The position numbers and the translations under genes are program-made. A DNA stretch of 64,000 nt, from contig CALKAO010000112.1 of NCBI GenBank assembly GCA_937983115.1, forward strand, positions 16,902 to 80,901, in the 5' to 3' direction. Below the pieces are notes generated by a model that saw only the letters and a list, made by a program, of their open reading frames with translations, did not search any database and was not told where the DNA came from. The number at the start of each line of letters is the position of its first letter. Within the stretch, counting starts at the first letter, position 1. Positions 1 through 6,998 of this stretch are shown here, piece after piece. Source of the DNA: an uncultured Bacillales bacterium (lineage in GTDB: Bacteria; Bacillota; Bacilli; Bacillales; UBA6769).

Positions 1-373
1 GTTTTTTGTATTTCTTATCCATTCACTTGCTTTTGGGCTTAACCATATCAGAAAGTTTATCGCCGCAATGGCAATCCATTTATCATTTACTCAACTTCAT
101 CAACGTATAGAATTGAAAAATAAGGCCGTTCTGCTTGTAAATACTTTCATCGTGCCTGCTGTTTCAAAAAACATGCGAGGCAGATTCGACTTAAAAATGA
201 TTCGTTCACTAGAGAATGATAACATATCAATTTCCCCTAAACCGGATGCTTGCAATTGTGATTTTTTAATAAGCGGAGTTTCTGGAATTTTAATCAAAAG
301 CCGCTTGCCAGTTTTCTCAATATACTGTTCAATTGGCACTAACGAAAAATAATAATCTTCTAATCTGACACGC

Positions 374-1027
374 TTAATAATGCAAAAGCACTGACTGGCC
401 ATCCTGGCTTAATAAGCCATCATCCGCGATCACGTGAAACGTTTTCTTTTCCCGGTCCCAAACGGTAGAATGATCAAAATATAACATTCTCTTTTCATCT
501 TGATTCATTGGATTCGCAAGCAGCAAATTTTCAAATACATGTTCGTTGCCATGAGCCATTAAAGCTATTTCCGTTAACGGCATGGCATTGATTTTATCAG
601 CGAATGTAACAAAATAAGGTTCGACTTCTTCATTGTCAGATTGAAGAATGAGCGCTTCCTCATTAAAATGTGTGACGTGCCATTGTTCTGATGCAACAGG
701 AATGGAGAGCCGCTCATTCCCTTTTATAATCGCAATTTCTCCAGATTTAAACGACACTTCAGGAAGGCCGTAAGCTTCTCGGTCTGCACGTTTTAAAAAC
801 GCATCCAGCAATTTAATGCGCACTTGTAAGCCGCCAGCGTTTTCCATCGAAGCTGCCTTCTTCCACCGTTCAACATCAAACTGATAAAAAGCGATCGGTT
901 CTTCTGTTAATTCTGGCTCGACAACATATAAAATAGTGTCCCCGACTTTAAATCTTGTTTGATTCTGAAGGGACAATTCTTCATAAATTTGCTGCAAAAA
1001 GCTGCCCAACATCCACTCTCCAAGCAA
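374..1027 (-). CDS. Hypothetical protein, no family recognised; probably the frameshifted bulk of a longer gene
   Basis: 217-aa ORF in track. Its only start is a TTG two codons after an in-frame TGA. An ATG at 1088 opens a 35-codon ORF in the adjacent frame, and the two frames meet at a 7-nt homopolymer (T7 on + strand, 1028..1034). Confidence 0.5.
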   Translation of the reverse strand: MLGEWMLGSFLQQIYEELSLQNQTRFKVGDTILYVVEPELTEEPIAFYQFDVERWKKAASMENAGGLQVRIKLLDAFLKRADREAYGLPEVSFKSGEIAIIKGNERLSIPVASEQWHVTHFNEEALILQSDNEEVEPYFVTFADKINAMPLTEIALMAHGNEHVFENLLLANPMNQDEKRMLYFDHSTVWDREKKTFHVIADDGLLSQDGQSVLLHY

Positions 1028-1438
1028 TTTTTTTCACGGCTTGCTCAATCATATAATGACGTCCTGCAAAACCGATGGCAATCACCATTAAGATTTCCGC
1101 AAACGATTAAAAACTTTTTCACATTGCTTGACCTCTTTTCGCGTCGCAAAGCTTTTCAATACAACTGTAACAATCATTTTATCCCTTGAATAGAGAATTA
1201 GATTTCAATCCATGCTGCAACTTTAGCCTGCAATTGCCTTAATATTGTATCGAAAACTTGAGTGAACTTTCAGGAAATAACTAATTCAAAACTGCAGCGT
1301 TTATAAAAGAGACAAACAAAGTGAAATCAAGTGCAGCTGCTGCATCGATGCAACGGAAGCGGGCATTCGTTCAAATCATCACGATATCAACAGCTTGTAT
1401 ACGCTTAAGCATCTTACAAAGCATGGGCTTTTTCAATA

Positions 1439-3109
1439 TTATTCATCAAAATAACTTTGATAAATCAAGCGATAGCGTCTTTTTTTCTGATTCAAATCAG
1501 TTGGAACATGGTCGCCATCTGTTTCTGTAAATAAATTCCAATTTAAATTTTTTATACGAGCTGTTTTATATGCAAGCAAGGTTTCGTTATAATCGAGAAC
1601 AGAATCGTTGTCGCCTTGAATTAAGTAAACCGCATTGTCATGATCTTTTTGAAAAAATTTATAATGAAACATCACATTGATTTCAAAGCGGTTAAACCTT
1701 GTCTTGAACCACCTTAACTCTTTGGCATCAAGCTTATTCAAATGGCTCTTTAAATTCATTAAGGGGGCTATCGCGATAATTTTTTCAAAATTTTCATTGG
1801 ACATCTTGCCAGCGAGCAAACCTAATGCAGCGCCAAAACTTACTCCTAATAACGTTATTTTATTTCTTGAAATTCCATATTTTTTTTCAAGAAACTGGCT
1901 GCATTCCAATATTTCTTTCACAACATTGCGCCAGTTTTTCCAGGCAGACTTTCTCGTTTTTAAAGATCGATATGCTGAGCCTTTGTAATTCAATGCACAA
2001 ACAAGAACGCCGCGATATACAAATTCTCGATAAATCCCATTAAACCTGAATTCATCAAATTCAAATGATTCTGGCCCCCCATGAATGGAGATGATAATTT
2101 TTTGTATTTCTTTTTGTCTCGGCTCAAACAATATGCATAAAACCGGGTGCTGAAAGTAGGCGGCATTAACAAAATCGACACTGTTCACTGTGCTTGCAGG
2201 AAATTCAATTTGCAAATCTGTATTAATATATCCCCAGCTTACCCCATCAGACAGACTCGTTTTTTTTATCATTATTTTATCGAAAACTTGAACATGCAGC
2301 TCTATATTCGTGTCAAATGAATAAATTTTTTCTATTTTATTTGACAATATATTTAATACGGCCATTTCGATATGACCTGCTTTATTTAATAAGCATATTA
2401 AACGATTGTTATCCAGCATTTTGGCTGAAATGATTGGATTCTCAAATTCAAATTTTAAATCTATATGAAAAGTGGAAAGATTCATCACAACAACTTTTTC
2501 GGAATGTTCTTTTTCAATTGAAAAAACGACATATTCACCATAATGACAATGGTATTTATCTAGATGCCATTTCTTTTCGCTGCCGACGATCACAGCTGAC
2601 AATCCGACTCCTGGCCTTTGTGTTGTCAATAACTGATTGGCATTTTGAAAAGAGATCGTTTCAATATGTGCTGCTTCATCATCTTCTTTCATGCGTTTCA
2701 TTGTTGTACATTTCAGTTCCTCGGTAATCTTTACTTCTAAACTTATATTTTTTTCAGTCAAAACAACTAAATATAAATTTTTTTCAAGCGAATCGAAATA
2801 GACATTTTTGATGTCAACAAGATGCATTTCGCCGTTAAAGCAATAACATTGGGAATCTTGCTCTTCTAAATCTGTATTATATTTTTTGACTTTTAGAATA
2901 CTATGATCCAGCCAAATCATGTAAAACAACGGTTTGGTTTTTAATGCGATCAAAGCTTTAAACGTCTCATCGAATAGCAGCCGCTTCGTGCCATCCGATA
3001 AAGAAATGCCGTCATCATTTAAAAATACAGCTTGATTTTTTGAATTGATTGTTAACAAAAGCGGCTCAAAAAACATGTTGTCATCATGATAAAATTTCAT
3101 GAGCTTCAC
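1439..3109 (-). CDS. S9-family serine peptidase (prolyl oligopeptidase / acylaminoacyl-peptidase-like alpha/beta hydrolase), no signal peptide
   Basis: The C-terminal ~230 aa carry IHGGPES (HGGP motif), the nucleophile elbow GVSFG, then QGDNDSV (Asp) and DGDHV (His) in the S9 order. The N-terminal ~330 aa are beta-rich and propeller-like. The track start is GTG 3109; ATG 3100 with GGTGA upstream is more likely. The gene overlaps the 3' end of the MFS gene. Confidence 0.75.
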   Translation of the reverse strand: MKLMKFYHDDNMFFEPLLLTINSKNQAVFLNDDGISLSDGTKRLLFDETFKALIALKTKPLFYMIWLDHSILKVKKYNTDLEEQDSQCYCFNGEMHLVDIKNVYFDSLEKNLYLVVLTEKNISLEVKITEELKCTTMKRMKEDDEAAHIETISFQNANQLLTTQRPGVGLSAVIVGSEKKWHLDKYHCHYGEYVVFSIEKEHSEKVVVMNLSTFHIDLKFEFENPIISAKMLDNNRLICLLNKAGHIEMAVLNILSNKIEKIYSFDTNIELHVQVFDKIMIKKTSLSDGVSWGYINTDLQIEFPASTVNSVDFVNAAYFQHPVLCILFEPRQKEIQKIIISIHGGPESFEFDEFRFNGIYREFVYRGVLVCALNYKGSAYRSLKTRKSAWKNWRNVVKEILECSQFLEKKYGISRNKITLLGVSFGAALGLLAGKMSNENFEKIIAIAPLMNLKSHLNKLDAKELRWFKTRFNRFEINVMFHYKFFQKDHDNAVYLIQGDNDSVLDYNETLLAYKTARIKNLNWNLFTETDGDHVPTDLNQKKRRYRLIYQSYFDE

Positions 3110-4292
3110 CTGACTCAGATTTATTTAAAATCATTCGATAAAACAATGGAAAAAAGAGCGCATTCAACAGTATTAAACATGAACACATCATCACGGAATA
3201 ATTTGAATTTACACTGAATAAAATGCCTCCTATCGAACCGCCAATGGCATCTCCAACAAAAAAAGAAGATTGAGACAGTCCGAACAACAGTCCAATGGCG
3301 TATTTTGGATACATATTCAATTCCATCAATTCCTGGCAAATCACGGAACCCGTAATAAAAAAAGCTCTAGCAATAATAACGAGTGGAACGATAAAATAAT
3401 GCAATTTCAGCATAAATAAAAGTGTTAAAACTCCTACAAGCAGCTCAAACCAAAAAAACAGCTTGGCTTTTTTTTGATTGACCTCATCGCTTCCAAAGAT
3501 TGGCGCAAACAAAATCGAACTGATGCTAATTAATGCAACATACAATCCAATGAAAGCAATCGGAACTCCCTGCTCTTTCAGAATAACAGGGAAAAACGGA
3601 ATAAATAAACTGACCGACAAACCGGTAATCGCGCCAAAAGCGACAACGCCTATAATTAACAATTTAGAGACGGGTTTTTGTGTTTCCTTTGCATCTTCAT
3701 CTAGACTTTCATCAGCTTTTTTTAAATTCGGCACAACAAACATGGCGGCTAAAGATAACATCGAGGACAAAATCAATACGGCGACCAGCGCATTTTTTAA
3801 AAAATAAGACAGCGCCAATACAAGCAAACCAGCTAATGATGCCCCTGCTGCAGTGCCGATATTGCTTCCGGTTTCTTTTAAAGCAACTATGGATGCTCTG
3901 TTTTCTTCACCTCCGATTGAAAGGATCCAATGCCTCATCGAAACGATGACTAATGAAGCGCCTAAACCCGCTATAAAGCCAGAAACTCCGGCAATGATAA
4001 GCGAATGCGTAAATATTCTTAAAAATAATCCAATCGCATAAATCAAAACGCCAAGGCGAAGTGCAAAACCAGGCGAAACGAGATCGCCAATTTTTCCAGT
4101 AATAAAAGATAAAACGCCGGCAATGGCCATCATTGTATAAGAAAAGCCATAAAATGTAAGCGCATTTTGTTCATCAAACCAAAGCGCATGAACGGTTTTT
4201 GAAACGGCCATGCTCAAAAAAAATAAAATGCTAAAGAGTAAAAACGCTTTTGCAGATGGATAGTTCTTCATTGTCAAAATTAGATTTTTCAT
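3084..4292 (-). CDS. MFS-type transporter
   Basis: The ORF is hydrophobic throughout, with about 12 TM-length segments and a motif-A-like loop (GKIGDLVSPG). The real start is ATG 4292 (AAGGAGA 4 nt upstream), which overlaps the TPR gene stop as ATGA. The track start 4307 is over-extended. Confidence 0.8.
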   Translation of the reverse strand: MKNLILTMKNYPSAKAFLLFSILFFLSMAVSKTVHALWFDEQNALTFYGFSYTMMAIAGVLSFITGKIGDLVSPGFALRLGVLIYAIGLFLRIFTHSLIIAGVSGFIAGLGASLVIVSMRHWILSIGGEENRASIVALKETGSNIGTAAGASLAGLLVLALSYFLKNALVAVLILSSMLSLAAMFVVPNLKKADESLDEDAKETQKPVSKLLIIGVVAFGAITGLSVSLFIPFFPVILKEQGVPIAFIGLYVALISISSILFAPIFGSDEVNQKKAKLFFWFELLVGVLTLLFMLKLHYFIVPLVIIARAFFITGSVICQELMELNMYPKYAIGLLFGLSQSSFFVGDAIGGSIGGILFSVNSNYSVMMCSCLILLNALFFPLFYRMILNKSESGEAHEILS

Positions 4293-5791
4293 AGAATCTC
4301 CTTGCATAATCTTTTTTCATTTTCTCGCAGCAATCTATTTTTCGGATATTTTTTAATAGCTGCATGCAGCACGTCTGCCGCTTCGGCTTCAGATTTTATA
4401 TGAAGCAGGCATTCCGCTTTAATAATTGAAAGATTGACATACAATTCTTCATTCAACTCAGTTTCTTTATTAAAAGGATGTTCATGAATGATTTTAGAGC
4501 ACTTGTCATAATCGTTTTCTAGCGTAAGCGCATAAACGAAATCATATAAATATTCATCGCTTTGATTGGATAGCCTATATGCTTTCTCAAAACTATCTTT
4601 TGCTAATCGAATCTTATCTTTCGACAAATAATAAAGGCCGAAATAAGAATACGTCTCAGGGATGTAAGGATTTAAATTTTTTGCATGCATCAAATGATGA
4701 TATGCGGAATCAAATTTCTCATGATTGATTAAATACTTGGCATACTCTAAATGATTTTCTGGGTAATATGGATCCATTTTTATTAACTTTTTAAAGGCGG
4801 AACTCGCTTCCTCAAACCGATTTAAAGCGGCATAACATTGTGCTAAGTTATAAGTTAATACACTTTCGTGCAAGCCATGATCTTCATCAGATAAATTGTT
4901 TTTTTGCAGATTACTGATGCCAGTTAATAAAATATCGATCGCCTCTTCAATTTTTCCTCTTCTGTATAGAATTAATGCATAGCCATTTCTATTAAAAATT
5001 TTATGAAAGCTCATTTCATCGTTTTTAAGTGATTGAAACGCTTCATTTAGCAGCTCTTCCGCTTTGCTGAGCGATCGCAAATATTTTGGATGGTGGCGTG
5101 CGTATAGCATCGCCAAAACATAATTCGAATCAATCACTCTTTTTGCATTTCCATACGCTTTGCTTTTATTTAAATAAAATTCAGCTGCTTCCGTATCGCC
5201 AATCTGGCTGTAAGCAATGCCGATATCATAGAAATATTCATCATTCATTTCTATGCTTAAAAGCCTTTTTAAAAGGGTTATAGCTGTCCAAGCATCCCCA
5301 ACGGAAAGGAATTGCAAGGCTAACTGATGCATTTGATTCGGATCTGCAGCTGAATACGCTTGTTTGACTGTTTCTTCAATGATATCAGCTGATGCAGAAA
5401 TTGAGGAAGGATTGGCTCGATACTCAACAGTGCCGGCGCCATTTTTAACTAAAGCATCTATAAATAATTTAGAGCCCGCATCCAATTCTTTCGAGTGGCA
5501 AATCGTTATTTTTAACTTATCTTTCACTCTATTTTTTATAGAAAAAACTAATGTATTTAAAACTCTTTTGATTCTGTCCAACGTATAAAACCTTAATTGT
5601 TTTTGATAATTTTGAGCTTCCGTCAAACTGCGATGTTTATTCGCAACTTGAAAATTTATAGGATGCAGCAATCGATAGCTTTCTTGCTCATACAAGTGAA
5701 AAGGTTTATAATTCAGCTCATTGCAAATAAGGCGAGCAGCATGAAAGTTTGACAGATTTTCGCCATTCACACCAATTTCCACATTCATCAT
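4289..5791 (-). CDS. TPR-repeat protein with a ~150-aa N-terminal domain of unknown function
   Basis: 500-aa ORF. Residues ~150-480 are tandem helical-pair repeats of TPR type (e.g. TYNLAQCYAALNRFEEASSAFKKLIKMDPYYPENHLEYAKYLINHEKFDSAYHHLMHAKNLNPYIPETYSYFGLYYLSKDKIRLAKDSFEKAYRLS). The first ~150 aa are not TPR-like and have no recognisable HTH. RBS GGTGGAG lies before ATGATG. Confidence 0.8.
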   Translation of the reverse strand: MMNVEIGVNGENLSNFHAARLICNELNYKPFHLYEQESYRLLHPINFQVANKHRSLTEAQNYQKQLRFYTLDRIKRVLNTLVFSIKNRVKDKLKITICHSKELDAGSKLFIDALVKNGAGTVEYRANPSSISASADIIEETVKQAYSAADPNQMHQLALQFLSVGDAWTAITLLKRLLSIEMNDEYFYDIGIAYSQIGDTEAAEFYLNKSKAYGNAKRVIDSNYVLAMLYARHHPKYLRSLSKAEELLNEAFQSLKNDEMSFHKIFNRNGYALILYRRGKIEEAIDILLTGISNLQKNNLSDEDHGLHESVLTYNLAQCYAALNRFEEASSAFKKLIKMDPYYPENHLEYAKYLINHEKFDSAYHHLMHAKNLNPYIPETYSYFGLYYLSKDKIRLAKDSFEKAYRLSNQSDEYLYDFVYALTLENDYDKCSKIIHEHPFNKETELNEELYVNLSIIKAECLLHIKSEAEAADVLHAAIKKYPKNRLLRENEKRLCKEIL

Positions 5792-5815
5792 AACTCCACC
5801 TTCTTTTTTAATAGG

Positions 5816-5843
5816 TTGAGGCTCACCAATTGGTGAACCTCAA
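5816..5843 (-). promoter_or_regulatory. Intercistronic hairpin (12-bp stem, AATT loop) between the small peptide ORF and the TPR gene; function unknown
   Basis: Minus strand TTGAGGTTCACC-AATT-GGTGAGCCTCAA with one G.U pair. It starts 19 nt after the peptide stop and ends 25 nt before the TPR start. No U-tract follows it on either strand. Confidence 0.5.
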
Positions 5844-5861
5844 AAATTGTTAAAATCTCAA

Positions 5862-5936
5862 TTATCTGACTTTTCCTCCATACATCACTGAAAATTTTAC
5901 TTTTTTAGTCCTTGGTTTTGACTTAATCAGTTTCAT
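5862..5936 (-). CDS. Small ORF encoding a 24-aa polycationic peptide MKLIKSKPRTKKVKFSVMYGGKVR (candidate precursor, signal or leader peptide)
   Basis: Hand translation, not in the ORF track (<60 aa). A near-consensus RBS AAGGAGGTGA sits 7 nt before the ATG and the stop is TAA. It is the first cistron downstream of a sigma-A-like promoter and lies directly upstream of the TPR-MFS-S9 genes. Confidence 0.45.
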   Translation of the reverse strand: MKLIKSKPRTKKVKFSVMYGGKVR

Positions 5937-5958
5937 GTTCTCACCTCCTTTTTTTTAC

Positions 5959-5987
5959 ATTTTATGACATAAATTTGAATCTAACAA
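5959..5987 (-). promoter_or_regulatory. Candidate sigma-A promoter of the peptide operon
   Basis: Minus strand TTGTTA (5987..5982), 17-nt spacer, TAAAAT (5964..5959), about 20 nt upstream of the peptide ORF start. Confidence 0.4.
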
Positions 5988-6410
5988 TCAGGGTTACTAC
6001 CTAAAAATAATAAATTTTTATAGTTTAACAAAAAATATATAAAAATTGAACGCGCCATGAGTGCATAAAGACAAGCAAAATTCCAAAACATTCAAAAACA
6101 AAAGCAGCGTTTGCTCAAAGAGAAAAATTTTAATTATCTAATTTCCATATAGCCGACATTCCAAACCATCTTTTGGGATAAACATGCACTTCCTTCTCAA
6201 ATGGGCTTTTTCCATCAAATGGACTTGGCAATCAACCTTAATGAAAAGCTTGCAGGTTTATGAAATTATCAATGACTAAAAGCAAGAAAAATTGTTAAGT
6301 ATCAAAGAAAATAGAAGAAGAAACATATATTCATAAGTTTCATATCAAGGAATTTTTATTTAAAAGCAGATGCACATTCAAACTCACATGCGCTTCCGAT
6401 TATAAAAATG

Positions 6411-6446
6411 AAAAAAAGCCCTTGCCACATATCACATGGAAAGAGC
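6411..6446 (-). terminator. Orphan terminator-like hairpin followed by a T7 run
   Basis: Minus strand GCTCTTTCCATGT..ATGTGGCAAGGGC, an imperfect stem with wobbles and one mismatch, followed by TTTTTTT. No ORF lies between it and the rpsI terminator. Confidence 0.35.
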
Positions 6447-6542
6447 CATAAATCGTTTATATTTAAAAAGTGAGTCAAATTTGCTCAGAGCATCCAAAAA
6501 TTTAGGCATTTTTTGGCATTAGCCGCATCCCCAAACAACACG

Positions 6543-6571
6543 AAAACCCCTTCCCGCATTTCGAGAAGGGG
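6543..6571 (-). terminator. Rho-independent terminator after rpsI
   Basis: Minus strand CCCCTTC-tcgaaatgcgg-GAAGGGG followed by TTTTCG, 16 nt after the rpsI stop. Confidence 0.65.
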
Positions 6572-6586
6572 CAGCAAATAACGACG

Positions 6587-6979
6587 TTAGCGTTTTGAGA
6601 ATTGCGGTGCGCGGCGTGCTGCTTTGAGACCGTATTTTTTGCGTTCTTTCATACGCGCGTCTCGTGTGAGGAAGCCTGCTGATTTCAAAATTGGTCGGTA
6701 ATCAGGATTTGCTTGCAGCAGCGCGCGTGCGATGCCATGGCGAATCGCACCTGCTTGACCCGTAAAGCCTCCGCCTTTCACATTGACGAGCACGTCATAT
6801 GTGCCTTCTGTTTCCGTTGCAACGAGCGGTTGCTTTACGATCAATTTTAACGTTTCAAGTCCAAAATAGTCATCTAAATCACGCTTATTGACGATAATGC
6901 GTCCGTTTCCTGGAACAAGCCGCACTCGTGCAACAGCGCTTTTACGGCGTCCTGTACCATAATATTGTACTTGAGCCAA
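6587..6979 (-). CDS. rpsI: 30S ribosomal protein S9
   Basis: 130 aa from TTG 6979 (AAGGAGG 8 nt upstream): [21 protein letters not shown]...APQFSKR. The track ORF is over-extended to 7093. Confidence 0.95.
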   Translation of the reverse strand: MAQVQYYGTGRRKSAVARVRLVPGNGRIIVNKRDLDDYFGLETLKLIVKQPLVATETEGTYDVLVNVKGGGFTGQAGAIRHGIARALLQANPDYRPILKSAGFLTRDARMKERKKYGLKAARRAPQFSKR

Positions 6980-6998
6980 AATTGTTTCCTCCTTTTTC

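Noticed and set aside
68-402. Two mutually overlapping ORFs at the left edge (68..352 plus, 100..402 minus)
   Set aside because: Neither has a convincing RBS at its annotated start nor a recognisable family, and they exclude each other. An internal ATG near 225 on the minus strand has an AGGGGA RBS but gives only ~41 aa. I cannot decide from sequence alone.
5862-5936. Interpreting the 24-aa peptide as a Phr-, PapR- or SHP-type secreted pheromone, or as a type I toxin
   Set aside because: It has no hydrophobic signal or membrane segment. Its partner TPR protein lacks an HTH or Rap-like N-terminus. No antisense RNA or antitoxin features are evident. It is kept only as an uncharacterised peptide.
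6184-6279. Short ORFs in the AT-rich spacer (e.g. 31-aa Trp-rich MHFLLKWAFSIKWTWQ... on plus; 25-aa and 21-aa ORFs nearby)
   Set aside because: None has a Shine-Dalgarno sequence at suitable spacing. ORFs of this size are expected by chance in AT-rich DNA.
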